A DNA stretch of 64,000 nucleotides, from the NCBI RefSeq assembly GCF_009914755.1, contig NC_060937.1, one strand, 5' to 3'. Position numbers and translations under genes: made by a program. The notes below the pieces were generated by a model. It saw only the letters and a program-made list of their open reading frames with translations. It did no database searches and was not told the DNA's origin. Shown here piece by piece: positions 27,321-45,250 of the stretch; within the stretch, counting starts at the first letter, position 1; each line of letters opens with the position of its first letter. Source of the stretch: the human T2T-CHM13v2.0 reference genome, Homo sapiens.

Positions 27321-28002
27321 GTTGTTAAATAACCTTATTTTGTTGACTAAAAGTAATTAGTATTTTATGACATTTATTTATTATGGCTGTTAACATTACA
27401 ATTTATCCTGGCTAATTTCATCAGTAAACACTCTTATGAAATGATACTGTAGTTTACTTTCAACCAACAATTGGTTGACTTTGATACAGTAATTAGATTA
27501 GGATTCCCACGTCAGATTTTCTTTCAAAAATAATTCCTATTATTATGTGGAAGCCTCCTTTTCTGATTTTTTTCTCTTATTTTCTAAGAACATAATATGT
27601 AAATGGATGTATAATGAATATTTGTGGCAAAAAGCATTTGTCTAAGAAGAATTAAGTTGATTCAGCTGTTAAAGGGGTCTTAGTTGTTAGAGCTTTTTGG
27701 CGGTTTATTTGCTATAATCAATAGACTTATTAATACTTTTAATTTTAGCCTAATAGTACTAATAGTCACATTTTGACTAACTATTGGGCCAGTTTTTCTT
27801 TGTCATTCATTGGTAGTTGAGTCTCTGTAGCCTTTATACTGCCCTATTTTTGGTTTGCCACATTTTAAATCTCAAACTGCCTATAATTTATACTGTTAGT
27901 CTTTGGAAATAAGTTTGAATTGACTATTCTGCTAAACTCATTTTAATGACCATGCTCCCTTGTGATGAGCTAAATTTATTTATTATTGTGTTGTCGTATT
28001 AA

Positions 28003-28142
28003 TTTTTTTTTTTTTTGAGACAGTCTCACTCTGTCGCCCAGGCTGCAGTGCGGTGGCTCAGTCTCCACTTAATGCAACCTCCACCTCCCGGGCTCAAGTG
28101 ATTCTCCTGCCTCAGCTTCCTGAGTAGCTGGGATTACAGGCA
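28003..28142 (-). mobile_element. 5'-truncated Alu (right arm)
   Basis: Poly-T + GAGACAGTCTCACTCTGTCGCCCAGG...GGGATTACAGGC, with an ATTAAT-type TSD. Confidence 0.9.
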
Positions 28143-30699
28143 AGATTAATGTTTTTTATTTGTAATCAATTTAAGCCTAATACATGTTCTAATAATTTTT
28201 GTATTTCATATATGGATAAATTATAATAATTCTTTTAAAGTGAAAGTATTGATGAGAGATACTTTTTTTTGGAATAGCTCATTTTAAGCCCCTGATACTT
28301 GATATGGATAAAATATTTTCAGTGTTTAATAAAATGTTGAAATATATTTAACTTTACTAATTTGAGCCCTGCCAATTATAATACTTTAGAAAAAGTGAAA
28401 ATATAATAGTACATTTATAAGGCTTTTAAGTATTCACAAAATAGTCATTTCCCAGTAGATGTTTTTCAGCTCTTATGATACAGTGTTTTCTTTTTCTTTT
28501 GGCCATGTATTGATCAGAATTAGTCATTAACTTTACTAACAACTGGATTTAGTTTGTCAGCCTTGATGGTTTGGTTACACAGATGTAGCTATTGTGTCAA
28601 CCCCACTGTTTTAAATATGTTCCTATGCCAGGTGAAATTTGATCCCTTTAAGCAAATTTCTGTTAAACACTTTGTGTCAGTTTCAGTAACGTTTCCCCAA
28701 TGAACATTCCTACTGTACAAAATTTTACATATGTGTATTTACATATTTATACTTTTTTCACAAATGTGGGAATTTAGGATACTATGTTTGTAAAAATTGG
28801 GCAATTTTTCTTGAAGATAATTTTTAAAATTACAGCAAAACATAGGGCCCTGAGAAGAAGAGGTAAAATATATGGAAGAGCAAGTATGTATAGATAATTT
28901 TGTAACGTAACCTTGAGAGAAATATAGAAAACTGAGACAACATAAGCCAAAGGAAAGGAATTGGGATGTAAAACCTTTAGGGTAGAGCAGTGCTCTGCTG
29001 TGGTCATTTATGCCTTGGCATTAAGTTCTTTTGAATATAAAACAATGCATTTAGAAGGATTTTAAGACTATATCACAGTGCACTGGCATTTTCTTCTTCA
29101 ATTTTCCAGGGCTAAATAAGGTAATTGAATAATAAAACTTAAAAGCATTTTTCATTTCATGAAGATCCAAGAAAAAATATTTCATAACAATTTTTATTTA
29201 CAAGAAGGAAAAACATATTCATAAGAATCTTAGATGATTAGTAGGTTAATGAAATAAAAAGTTTGTTAGGAAGAAGGAATACTAGTTATTGAACAATGCC
29301 AATTTTTTCTATTTAAAAATATTTAAAATGCCATTAGTTGATTTATTTAATGAGCCATCAGCCTTTATTTTAGATTCACTATAACTCTGATCTCCTAAAC
29401 CTGCTTTTCCTATCAGGTCTTAAATATTTCATCCCTGCTTTCTTTTACAATATAGTTTTTGGGAATGTAACTATCATGTTGATAAGTAATGCTAGGTGAA
29501 GGAAAAAGTTAAAACAACTCCAATGCTAGGCAGTGATATACCATAGAAAAATAAATGAGCCAAAGATAGGGGAAGTGATTTTTTTTGGAGGAAGAAAACA
29601 GAAATGAGAACAAGAGGACATGGATGACTGCTGAAAAACTGACCAAGTTCCTCTTCAGTCTTCTAACAGAATTTGGAAGATGTTCTTAGCATGCAACTGT
29701 TGGTTGAAAAAAACCCAAATGTACAAGGGCCATCAGTTCTTAAAAGTGGAATAGTGCATAGAAAGCTTATTGACACAACATAGCAGTTTGATGAAATGGA
29801 CTGAAGCCATTTCTGTGGAGTGGACTCGTGGAAAATGTGATGCCTGATTCATAAAATTGTACACAGTTGAATGTTGCTATATAGGTAAGGTTTTGCAAAC
29901 TCAGGACTCTCAGGAAACATCAAAGGTATATAGTTGGCACACTTAATTTTAGATATGTGTGATACGTTTGTGATTTTTTTTAAAAAAATATTTCCAGGAA
30001 TGCTTAAGAAGATTATACCACCTCATGCTATAAAATAAAACTAACTTGGAGAATTCAACAATGTTTGCTGTTTTAATATGCATCTTACAAAGATAATTAT
30101 AAACACTGAGAGTATTTACTGCAATGCCCTGAATATAGTATGCCTAAAGAATTTTCTGTATAAAAATAATTGTATTTATTTTAGTTAAAAATTGAGTAAA
30201 ATATACATGCATCAAAATAATTTCTAGGTAGACCAAAGTGATATATGTAAAGAAAGACAAAATCAAAAATCAGGAAATTGCTGGTGAATATCTAATCTCG
30301 GGATAGAAAAATATTTTTTTAAATCACAAAAGCAATCAGTAATCAAAAGAAAAGATGACTGATAATTATTACCATATAAATATTTTTAAACTCATGTGTT
30401 AACAATTTATAGAACAAATAAGTTCGAGAAAATGTTTGTCCTTAGCATGTCAGTTAATTAAAATAAAACACAGAAACTTCATACAGTTCAGCAAAGGACA
30501 TCTTGATTTGTGCTTTGGAGAATCTATTGAGTTTTTTTGGTTACTGAGTAATAGTTTAGTTAGATGTGTTGCTATAGCTATACATTCTGCCATCTTATGT
30601 TTTCAAAATATTAAGTGTCCTCATTTATTTTTTGTGTAATTGAGAATAAACTGAAATCAAGTAATACACATTCTCTCATAAAAATAAATATACTCGGTC

Positions 30700-30830
30700 A
30701 TTGAATTGTAAAGTGTGGATCCCAGGATGATATCATCATCACCTGGAAACTTGTTAGAAATACACATTCTTGTCCCCTGACCAAAATCTATTGAATGAGA
30801 AACTCTGAGGGTGAAGCCCAGCATTTTAAA
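30700..30830 (+). mobile_element. MER5 fragment
   Basis: CATCACCTGGAAACTTGTTAGAAAT...GAAACTCTGAGGGTGAAGCCCAGCA. Confidence 0.7.
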
Positions 30831-30874
30831 ATCTAAAAATCCATGTTTTAACCCATTTGGGGATACTAAATAAA

Positions 30875-32795
30875 CTGCTGTAGTCCTTCAATAAGCCCAT
30901 CACACATTTTCACCATGTCATCTATAGGCACTTTTTCTACGGTGTTAACATCATCTTCATCATCACTATTATCATAATCACCTTGATTAAGAACCATTTT
31001 GGCTATTTCCCCATGGATCAATGAATGAATAATTAGAGCCGCATTATTGCTGGTAAAAACTTACATGACATCTGTTTCTTCCATCTTACTGCCAGACTCT
31101 GAAGGTGTATTTTTTTGTATATGTATGGAGGTCAGACATTATTTTTTTTCTCATGTGACATATAGAAACCTTCAAAGTCACCACTTTGTTCATCACCATC
31201 ACTGAACATAGTTATAGCCCAGAGGTTGTGCCAGGCATGCACAACTGTGTATTTGTCACTGTATTCCAAACATGGGCATTCTTCGTGCTAAACTCCTTTT
31301 GAAAACTTTCCACACTCATGCCTCTGTTCACTGTTGCTAGCATGCTGATCAAGAAACTTTTTATATTTATTCTTTATTGATCCAAGAACACCCTAGTCAC
31401 ATGGATGAATTAATGAAGTCACAATTAGGGTAAAATACATGACCTAAACATTTTTAATGAGAATTTCTGCTGGATGATGAGCAGAATCCTTATCAAGCAG
31501 TGCCAAAATCTTGCAGTCGTTAATCATTCAGTCTAGATTCCCTACAGCAAGCAAGAGCCACTAGTACCAAATGTTTGTGAAACCAATCAGAAAAGATATC
31601 CCTAATTCTCTATGCCTTTTTGTTAGCATAATAATTTACTGGAAAGAAATTTACTCCTTGAAAACAACAAGGATATAAGCTTTTGTCTATCATAGCAAGG
31701 TTTTCTTTATGCATGCGTGCTGCATTAGCACATCCCAGAACAGTTATTCTGTCCTTAGCATCCTTAATTCCTATTGAAGCTGTCTCACCAGCTGTAGTCA
31801 GTGTTTTTCTGGTGCAATAATGCCGAAACAGTGATGTTTCATCAGCATTACAGACCTGTCCTGGTATCAGATTTTCATCAGTGATGACCTTAGTAACCTC
31901 ATCAGTGAATATCTCCCTTGCTTCATGATCAGGAAATGGTACAAATCTTCAAAACCTTAACGCTGTGCTTTTTCTTAAATTTATGCAACTAGCCTGTTGA
32001 ATGTTCACAGTTCCCTTCAATTTTCAGTTCATCGTGATAGATCTTTGCAAGTTTCATGTTCAGCATACCATTAAGTGGCATGTATTCACTGTGACACTGA
32101 TGGTTCCATTCTTTCAATACATATTCAAGGACTTCATATTTCACTCCATGCATTGCTTTTCTATTTTTCATTAACTTCTGTTCATCACTTTCAGCATAGA
32201 ACTTCCAACAATGTATCCTTCTCTTTCTTCAGGTCATACATGGTGGTCACTCCAACACTATACTCTTCTATAAGACATTTTCCACTTATACCACCATCCA
32301 GTTTCTTCAACAGCTTGACTTTCTGTGCTATAGATAAGTATAAATGCTTCCTCTTTTCTTTACTACTGTTACTCATAAGGGTATCTGCAGATCTTTCTAC
32401 ATTTTCCACAATACCTTTATACCACAGAGAAGAGAATAAGCAAAACAAAACAACATAATGAGTAAGGCATGTAGGTCTTGGCCTCATGTAGGGCATCACG
32501 GGCAACCCGCCATTGGTGTGTCTTGCCTGACGTGCCATTTTATTACCCTTTGTGGATGTGCCTGCATGACGAAGTCTGGGGCATGTGTGGAAAAGATACT
32601 TCACAGCTGAAGGGGGCTGGGAGGGTCTCTTTGGAGACATTAAGTAAACTGTGTGTTGTGTATCTGCATTTTGACTGTGATCCATCATATGAGGTCAGGT
32701 GTGGAATTTTCAACTTGTGACTTCGTGTCAGCACTCAAAAAGTTTTGGATTTGGGGGAATTTCAGTTTTGGATTTTCAGATTAGGGATGGTTAAG
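30875..32795 (-). mobile_element. Tigger4/Zombi DNA transposon with a disrupted pogo/Jerky-like transposase
   Basis: The minus strand begins CATCCCTAATCTGAAAATCCAAAAC...AAACTTTTTGAGTGCTGAC. ORF pieces give a CENP-B-type HTH (KRKHLYLSIAQKVKLLKKLDGG...GVTTMYDLKK; LEYVLKEW...PLNG), DETLFR/LLIQQ DDE-region remnants and an acidic tail. Confidence 0.9.
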
Positions 32796-35218
<2,423 letters not shown>

Positions 35219-35729
35219 GCAAGCATTATTTTAATTAAAAATTTCCCAATAATTATATCAAAATTTTAGAATTTATAGTTTAGTTTTCAGGATTCACAGC
35301 AAATTTTTTAAAAGATTTCTATTTTTAACATATTCATTATATTATTATTAGAGTTTGGTGAATATGCTAAATGCCTCTCCCTTCCATGAGTTTATGAATT
35401 TCAATTATATCTTCTCTTCACCATTGGGTATCTGGCCTAATCAATATTAATAGATATTTAACCATATTTTAAAGCTATAATAATTAAAATAGTATAATAC
35501 TTATATAGGGAGGAACATTAAATACTCAGGAGATGTAATTTTTTTAGCCTCTTAATTTGGCAGTGTATCTCAAAATGTGGTATGTATCAAAATAATCTGG
35601 CCCCAATTTCATAACTTCTAAGTGGGATGCAGCTCTGCCATGTATTTGTTGAAGGCAGTGATGGTGGCAGTGATTCTAAAAGAGAAATTCTCAATTTTGT
35701 AGCTGATTCGCATAGAGGGCTTGTGACTC

Positions 35730-36130
35730 CATCACCTACTGTCTGTGTGACCCTGTGCAAGTTACCTAACCTTCCATGCCTCAGACTCTTCCTCTCTAGA
35801 AGAACTGAGCATAATAATAGTGCCTTCTTCATAGGATTATTATGATAGTTACATGAATTAAGACATGGAATGTGCCAGGTACTATGTATAGTAAGTATCA
35901 AATATCTGCTATTATTATGCTAAGGCCTGTTATTACAAAGTAAAGTTACCTAATATTTATTATTTTTTACGTGTTATAAATTGTTAGGCACACTGAAGAT
36001 ATAAATGCATGATCTCATTTATTTTTCATATCCACTCAATATGCTGAATGTTGTCATACCCATTTCAGAGGTTGGAAAAGTGAGGTCCAGAGAGGCTTAG
36101 CTGGCTGAGTGTGACTGAGAAGAAAAGGCT
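35730..36130. mobile_element. Two MIRs in opposite orientation
   Basis: TGTGTGACCCTGTGCAAGTTACCTAACC (+) and AAAGTGAGGTCCAGAGAGG (-). Confidence 0.7.
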
Positions 36131-36289
36131 TGGGGCTGCAAACTCCACAGAGATAAAGGTGAAGTAATTTTCCAGTAAATGTTGGGGTTGGGATCAAAAT
36201 TATGTGTAATTTATTTCAAAAGCCCTCCTAGTGTTTGCCACATTTTAAGCATGCAAACTTTGAAAGCATACCTTGGTTTTCCTGGGTTC

Positions 36290-36410
36290 ATCTGAGGGCA
36301 TTTTCGTTTAGTAGGTCTGGATGTAGGGCCCAGGAATCTGCATTTAACAACAAACACTCCCAGGTGGTTCTGAGGCTGGTAGTCTAAGGATCACAGTGTC
36401 AGAAACTCCG
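36290..36410 (+). mobile_element. MER5A fragment
   Basis: GTAGGTCTGG...GGGCCCAGGAATCTGCATTTAACAA...CCCAGGTGGTTCTGAGGC. Confidence 0.75.
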
Positions 36411-37634
36411 CACTAGGTCATGTTCTGAGATAACTAAGAAAGGATGTAGGAAGTAATCATAAAGGGTTTCAAAATGTGTTTAAGGTCATATGTAACTAGT
36501 TAGTATCTGAACTGAAACTAGGTGTTAGGTGCCCTCTCAATCCATTCCTCTTTTTCACATCAGAGACCTTAAGCCTGGATTTTTCTCTTAGCCTAGCATC
36601 AAATCAGCTAAGCCCATGTCTGCTATTTCTCTAACCTCTTGCTGGGCTTCAGCAAAGCTTCTGCAGGGGAGAGGGCTTGTTTATTTTTAGTCAGAGGCCA
36701 GACCAGCAGAGGAGCTAAAATGCTCCAACTGTCTGCATTAACTTTTCATGAAGTTTTTGGGAAAGAAGAGAATGGCCTTATTAGGTGTAAACCTTTTTTA
36801 TCCTGAAATTATTTTGTAATTGGGAGGTTTGTTTTTATTATAAATTTCAATACCCTGGGTACATTCTTGTAAGTTCTAATGCTATTCTCTAAGCTGCTGA
36901 TCATCCCAAACAGCTGTTCGTTCCTCTGTAGTCCAACCTAACCTCAGTTAGATTTTTGAGAGAATGGATGGTGATCTAATGGAAAGAGTAAACAACTTGG
37001 AGTTAGGAAATACTGGTTAAGCATTGTCCTGCTAGACACTAGTTAAGTGAACCTAGAAAAGTCCCTGATCCTCTGCAAACTTCAATTATTTCACTTAAAA
37101 AATTGAGATAATAAGGTCTTAGTATCTAACATCAGAATTATGAGAATCACATGAAATAAGTTAGGTAAATGGACTTTGCCCACTCTTCTATGATGTTCAA
37201 TCTCTTGTTAGTATTAGACCCATTTTATAGTCTGACCCATTTTTATTGTCTGATGTGGTATTCCTGAGGCCCCAGGTTTGGAGATAATAATATTTCTTCT
37301 TCAGAAAAATAAATGACAGAGCCATGGCTGTGGAGCTTTCATAGACACAGGGCTCTTTAGCTAGTGAAGCAAGAACTGGCAAAGTAGGAACACACAAAAG
37401 TTAATGCTGTCATGTTTACTGTTAAAACTGGCATTTTGCACAATGTAATGGACTTTTAATACGTTAGATTTCTTATGGAAAAATTCATAAGGTAAGGTAA
37501 AATAAAATCAAGATGATGTTTAATTGTTCTTTTTTATAATAGGGTTCAGATATTCATGAAGAATGTTTTCAATGCTTATTCATTTCCTTCCCGCCTCCCT
37601 TTTCTTTTCCTTTCTCACTTTTTTAAAATTTCTT

Positions 37635-37915
37635 TTTAAAGAGACAGAGTCCTACTCTGTCACTCAGGCTGGAGTGCAGTGGCGTGATTCTAGGTCACTG
37701 CAGCCTCCAATTCTTGGGCTTAAGCAATCCTCCACCCAAGGCTCCTGAGTGACTGAGACCGCAGGGGCGCCACCTTTCCCAGCTAATTCTTTTTTATTTT
37801 TTGTAGAGATGGGGGTCTCACTAAGTTGCCCAGGCTGGTTTCAAACTCCTGGCCTCAAGTGACCCTCCCACCTTAGTGTCCCAAAGCATTGAGATTACAG
37901 ACATAAGCCACTGCC
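37635..37915 (-). mobile_element. AluJ
   Basis: Diverged dimer with TCACTGCAGCCTC and TTGCCCAGGCTGG. Confidence 0.93.
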
Positions 37916-38107
37916 CACTGTCTTTTCCTTACTCCTACTTTTCACATTTCTATTCCTATTCTAAAACTTACTTTTATAAAAATCATTTTAAACATTCTGG
38001 ATTTATGGTGGATTACCAACTTCTCTCACATGTTTAAATTATCTTCCTAATAATGCATTAAAGACTTAGGGAGGGCCTAATTCATTTTGGTAAGGAAAGC
38101 ATACAAC

Positions 38108-38292
38108 TTTTTTTGTGTGTTTGTGTGAGACAGGGTCTCACTGTGTCTTCCAGGCTGGAGTGCAGTGGTGTGATCTTGGCTTCTCCTGGGTTCAAGCGAT
38201 CCTCCCACCTCAGCCTCCCAAGTAGCTGGGACCACAAGCACACACCATCATGCCTGGCTAATTTTTGTATTTTTTGTAGAGATGAGGTTTAG
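38108..38292 (-). mobile_element. Truncated, internally deleted AluJ
   Basis: TSD AAGCAT(A/G)CAAC(T/C)TTTT flanks a partial Alu. Confidence 0.88.
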
Positions 38293-39549
38293 TCAAGCAT
38301 GCAACCTTTTACCTGAAGCAGCCATTTGGTGATTCACCAGTTTGAAAAAAGCAGATTCATCAAACAGTACCTAGCTGGATGATATCATTCCACCTCTCAT
38401 TCAATCTGTAGAGCACCAATGAGTGTACTAAATTCACAAGAGATAAGAAGTCTTCTGTAAAGAAATCCTTACTGTTGCTCCTTTAACCCCTTAGATTGAA
38501 AGAATATTGTTTCCCCCCTCCACTTCCTCTCCTTCTAGTCCCTCTTCCTTCTCTCCCTCCTTCTCTTCTTTAAAGTTAGGATAATGTGTTGCTTTTGTTT
38601 CAGAAGCTTACATACATTGAACTTGATTTTTTAAATTCAGACTTCACCCGGGCGATGTAATGACTTGTGATGATTTCCAAGAAAGTATTATTTCCAAGTA
38701 GCATAATACTCTTGTATAAATCTGGGAAAAAAATCTCCTCTTGAATTTTCATGTTATTCTACAAATACGTTTTTAAAAATCTTGCAGCCATTAGTTTTCA
38801 AATGATCTTATTCAGGGAAATTATTGCTCACTTTCTTGAAATTTATGAAGAATTTACATTCTTCATAAGATTTAGTATTTTATTATTTGCCGTATTTCCT
38901 GCAGGACAGTAATTGTATCTTATTTCTCTTTATATTTCTAGTACTATCACTGTATGTGTTACCTAGAAGGTGCTCTGTAAATGATTTTTTAACTGTTTTT
39001 ATTGCTTACTGAAAACTCAGAATGGGAAACTTTGGAAAGGGTGAGACCTTTGTAGAAATGATTTAATCCTTTCTCTTCCACTCCCACCACTCATTTAGTA
39101 AGCCAAGGTATAAGTCCTTGCTAAGAGAAAGGAGTTTAGATAAACCGTTGCTAAGAGGCAGGAAGGTATACCTATAGAAGGTTTCCTCAGAGGCCATAGA
39201 GAATTTAGGGAGAACGAGATGTTGACATGACCCTGGTCCCTAACTTGAAATTATAGCTGTGAGAGTTTCCTTTTCTGTGCATCGGAACATTCTCAAGGGC
39301 AATGACAGAGAAGCACAAGGGAGTAAGCTGCCATATCATTTAAACCAATAAACAAACTATTTCATGAAAATAAAAACCATTTAAGATTGTAAAAAGCCAA
39401 ATGTAGTAAAAAGTCCTTTTGTAATAAAGGTGGAAATACAATCTCATGTATAGAACAGAAACAAAGTAATACTTTAAGAGGAAAAAAATAGTTTCCAAAT
39501 TCTCCCAAGGTTTTTTTCACTCATAATCTTTCTTTCCATCACTTGCTTG

Positions 39550-39740
39550 TTCTGTGACTGTGAGCAAGGTACCTGCAAGGTACATACCTCTCTATGCCTC
39601 AGTTTCCTTATCTATAAATTGGGGATGATAATAGTGATATCTGCCTCACAGGTTGTTAAGGTTAAATAAGTCAATATTTTAAAAACAAAAAAGTACCTGG
39701 AAAGTACTAGGGACAATAAATGCTTGTTAAATAAAATTTA
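39550..39740 (+). mobile_element. MIR
   Basis: CTCTCTATGCCTCAGTTTCCTTATCTATAAATTGGGGATGATAATAG. Confidence 0.8.
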
Positions 39741-40744
39741 AAAATAATATCTTTACTAAAGCACATTTATATACTTTCTTTTAAAATATGGCCCTGTTGG
39801 TAAGGTGTTTTTCCCAGCTTGCTTTGAACTATTTGTATTTATTTTTTGAAATTAAAAAAATACCTGCCTATCTGTACGGTAGAGAGAAAGAAGGGAAAGA
39901 AAGAAGGATACAGAAAAAATGAAGGAAAGAAGTGAAAGAAATAGAAAGGAATTACTAAGTTTTCTTTAGGAAAAGGGGCAAAAACTTTGACACTGCTCAG
40001 AAGCTAATGTTTCACTGATTCTTCTCACTTTCTACTTTCTGTTATGCTATCCTAGGGCCTGAAAATGGTTATAAATACAATAAGAAGTCACTCCCATATA
40101 ATTCTAAATGTTTATTCTGACAAATATAATAAAATGATTATAGCAGTACTCTGTCTGCTAATATAAGGCTACTGCTATTGTCATGCACAGAATTCTCCCA
40201 ATATTAGAGTTTTATTTTTTGTTATCAGTAATCCTCAGGTTCAGTGTCATCCCTTTCTAACCAAGTTACTCATCTGGAAATTAGTACATATCCTGAGAAT
40301 TGAAGACAATACAGTGTTAAAAGTAAGAATAGTTGACTTTTCAATTTCATGTTTTTAGGCATATGATAGGCAGGTTTATATTATAATTTTTAACTAATCT
40401 GTCATTTGAATTCTCTATTTTCCCCCAAAAAATCTTTTCAAATGATTAGCAAAGACTGTTCGGTTTCTTCCTTTGCCCTGTCTCAAAAAATTAGAGGAAA
40501 GGTTTGGAAAATGCTTTTGAAGACTAATACTTTTATGTAACTATTTTCTAAACTACATTAACCTGCTACATTTATTTATAATGAGTTTTTAATAATGTTA
40601 TGTTTTGTTTTCCCAAAAGTATTACCTATTTTATTCAACTAAAAGTTCTATTTATATGTAATACATAAAACTCAGATATACCTTAGACTTGAAAGAATTG
40701 GAATAAAGTTGGAGAATAAAGAAATTAAGGGACCTTCAAACTTT

Positions 40745-41409
<665 letters not shown>

Positions 41410-43679
41410 TTCAGATTTTCAGGTTCTGAGAGCTTAATATGAAATAAAAAACTGTTGCTGACATGGTAGGTAATATTTTAAGGATGGTTTGTATTTTTTC
41501 CCTATGGCTGTCCACATAGCTACCCCACACTATTGTCTTATACTTACAAGCAGGACATTAAATATTAGTGCAACATTAGTTCTTACCTTTAAATGATTGT
41601 TTTTCTCTAGTGGAACTTCAAATTGGTCTGAAAACTTAAATACATAGGTTGTAAGTTTAAACTTTTTAAAAAGTTAAACTGTCCTTATATGGACTGCTGG
41701 AAAGCATAATATCCTAAGAAAACGAAGTAAATTATTTTAAAGGGAAAAGGATTAGTCTTCAAAATGGGAAAAACTTGAGTTCATTTTTTCCCCTTTTCAA
41801 CAGAATCTAGGATGGCAAAATGACATAGGAAATGCCACCTCAAAATCTAGACAGTATACATAATCAGTCTTACATCCCGTGGGTCACAATAAAGGAGCTG
41901 TTTCAGCATCGTAAACATTGTTGCAAAATGAATTTGAATGGGTTTTGGCAGCAACAGAGCAGAGAAAATAACCACCTTTCAGAATACATAACTTAAAAAT
42001 TCACTTGTAAGCACACAAGCTATCCACCATTTTTACATTCTTAAAACATCTCATTGCCCATCTTTAATTTAAAAATATTTCAAAATCAGTAATATTTTCA
42101 GGTAAGTTTCAGGTATTTGTTGTTATGCTTTGGTTAAACTGAAAGGATTTGCAGGCATACAAAATCAGAGCCCTTCAAATAATGCCTCACATAATTAAAT
42201 GCAATCTTGTGTTTGGTTTGAGTTATTTCCATCTCTCTTTATTCTGCAATCTGTTGACAATAGCCAGCCAACTTACATTCTTTGGACTGATGATGGCATA
42301 TTTTTTAAATGCCTTCAGTGTTGGCATTACTAAGCTTTATAAAGGTGTTATATCTCTCAGAGGCCACTGTTGCCAGCATTGCAGTAAAAATGTGTAAGAA
42401 TCTTGTCTATGTTACTTCTTTAACCTTTTCATTTCTTTTAGTTTTGTATAAAAATTCATAAGCTTGTAAAAGTATTAATCCAGATAACTTGGAATGATTT
42501 TTCTTTTTCATTCTGGATTTCTAACAGATAGATGTTAGCCTTGCATGAAGAGGAAATCCAGAACATTGTTGATTTTGGTTAAAAAAAAAGAAAACACAAG
42601 TCTATAGGATTTATTCTAGGGCTTAAAATTTTTGCAAAAAACATGGAGTTTTTATGGTCACACTAATAAAAATTATTTGCTTGAATTTTTATTTTCATCC
42701 TGCAACTATTTACTTCCAAATTGAAGATGTTTTTCCCTGATAGACTCTGTGATCCTCTGTGATCACTTTTAGAAATAGTCTATCTTCTTACTTTCTAATT
42801 GTGTTACTTAGAAATGTTTCATTTCCTCTATTGCATTTCTTGTCTTTTTAAAAAATATCTGTGTGAGTGTCTTTAGATATGTGTTACAAATTGGATTTTA
42901 AAGATCTGTGCCAGTGTACCTGCCTGAAATTCTTTACTGCCTCTGCCAGTGTATCAAGTTTAATACCATGAACAGCCGTGAATAACTTCAGTCTACTCTT
43001 CATTTTAAATCTTCCTAAATTAGTTGCTTTGTAAAGGTATTGCTAATCCCTTGCAATCCAGAGATATAAAAAATATTATACTCTAACACTTAGTACAGCA
43101 CAGAGATAATTTACAGCATTAGTCAAACAGTTCCAAAGATGTCATCATTTATAATGACCCCACCCTAGGGCCATTATTTTACTACATAATATGATTAATG
43201 TGCTGTCATTTCTTTCTGCTTAAACTGTAGCCGAAAGTAAAAAGTAACACATTTTGGCCTTCAGTTTTCTTAGCCTGAAAGAACTGGTTATTTTTTTAAA
43301 AATTTAGCAGCTTATTTCACTTCAGGTTTTTCAAAATATTCATATCTGAGATAACATCTCCATTGCTGAGGATAGTGAATGAGTTATATTCTTGAATGTT
43401 ACTTGGTTGATTCTGAACATCATTTAAATGCCCCCTTTTTCATATGAGATATAGATCCAGTGTAAATATTGTTTGAATGTATCTGGTGTGGTAATATTTG
43501 AAGATATGGGATCAAAATTTACAAGATCCAAAGTCAAATCTTCACATTTATTTTAGCTATTTACTGCCTTTAAAAAAACTAGAAAAGTTTATTTCTATCA
43601 TCCATAATTTTCTTTATGGCCGTGTCCTCAAAGGACTTAACTTCTGTTGATTCTCCAATCTGGCTGCCTACATCTTTTT

Positions 43680-44020
43680 ACCTATATGACTTTCCTCACA
43701 TTTTTCTCTTTGCCTAGAATAACTTCCATTCCCCCATGTTCAATGTCTGTCTAACACTTAAGCTCAGGTCATATGACACTTCCTTCAGGAAACCTTCCTG
43801 GACTCCCCCACAAACAATAATAAGTCTGTTTCTCATCTGAAATTATATGGTAATTTATATATATATTTTTAACTGTGCATATTTTCTAAATAGGTTCAAA
43901 TAAATAATGTACATACCACTAAATATTCTAAAGTCTAGGGGTCCTGTCTTATTCATCTTCATATGCCCTAGAGTACCAAGTAGGTCCTCAATCTATGTTT
44001 GTCAAATAAATAATGTATAT
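43680..44020 (+). mobile_element. L2 3' fragment
   Basis: TTTGCCTAGAAT...CTTCCTTCAGGAAACCTTCCTGGAC...GTAGGTCCTCAATCTATGTTTG. Confidence 0.6.
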
Positions 44021-45250
44021 AGAAAAACGGTGGTCATTTTGGGGGAAAAGAACGATCTTACCTAAATTGGTTGATTAAAAACATTTTTACAAATATGCTA
44101 TATAAAGTGTTAAAATATCAATAATTAAAAGCAAAATTATATATATTACAGACAACTTCCTAGCATTAGTTGAGGGGGAAAAAGAAAACAGCCAAACAAC
44201 CAAAGAAACCCTTGCCACCAATGTAAAATTATGTTTAGCATAAGCTGTTGGAGGATCTAAGAATGAATGTAGTAAGATATTGCTAAGGTAATTTTTATTA
44301 AGGTTTGATTTTTAAAAATTAGATTTGTTGCTTTTGGCCACAAATGATATAAGTTACCTAGGAATCAATTGAATCAAAGATGTGAAAGATCTCTACAGGG
44401 AAAACTATAAAACACTGATGAACGAAATTGAAGAGGGCACAAAAAAATGAAAAGATATTCCATGCTTATGAATTTGAAGAATTAATATTGTTATGACAAG
44501 CAGCTCACAGATCCAATTCAATCCCTATCAAAATACCAGTGATATTCTTCACAGAAATAGAAAAAAAATCATAAAATGTATATGGAACCACCAAAGACCC
44601 CATATAGCCAAAGCAATTCTGAGCAAAAGAACAATGCTGGAGGCAACCCACTACCTTGACTTCAAAATAGACTATAAAGCTATAGTAACCAAATCAGCAT
44701 GGTAGTGGTATAAAAACAGATACATAGACCAATGGAACAGAATAGAGGACCCAGATATAAATCCACGCATTTAGAGCCAACTCATTTTCAACAAAAGCAC
44801 CAAAATATGCAATGGGGAAAGGACAGTCTCTTCAGTAAATTGTGCTGGGAAAACTGGATAACCATACACAAAATAATGAAACTAGACCCCATCTTTCACC
44901 ATATACCAATATCAAATAAAAATGTATAAAAGACTCAAATATAAGCCTGATGCTATGAAACTCCTGAAAGAAAACTTTGGGGAAATGCTTCAGGACATTG
45001 GTCTGGGCAAAACATTTTTGTATGAGACATGAAAAGCACAGGCAACAAAAGCAAAAGTAGGCAAATGGAATTACATCCAGCCTAAAAGCTTTTGCACAGC
45101 AAAGGAAAGAATCAAAGTGAAGAGACAACCTACAGAATGAGAGAAAATATTTGTAAACTATCCATCAACAAGGGATAAGTAACTAGAATATATAAGGAGC
45201 TCAAACAACTTAGTAGCACACACACGAAAAATCTGATTTAAAAAGGGCAC

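Noticed and set aside
36703-36717. CTCF-like CCAGCAGAGGAGCTA
   Set aside because: It is one G short of the core, which misaligns the conserved GGC positions.
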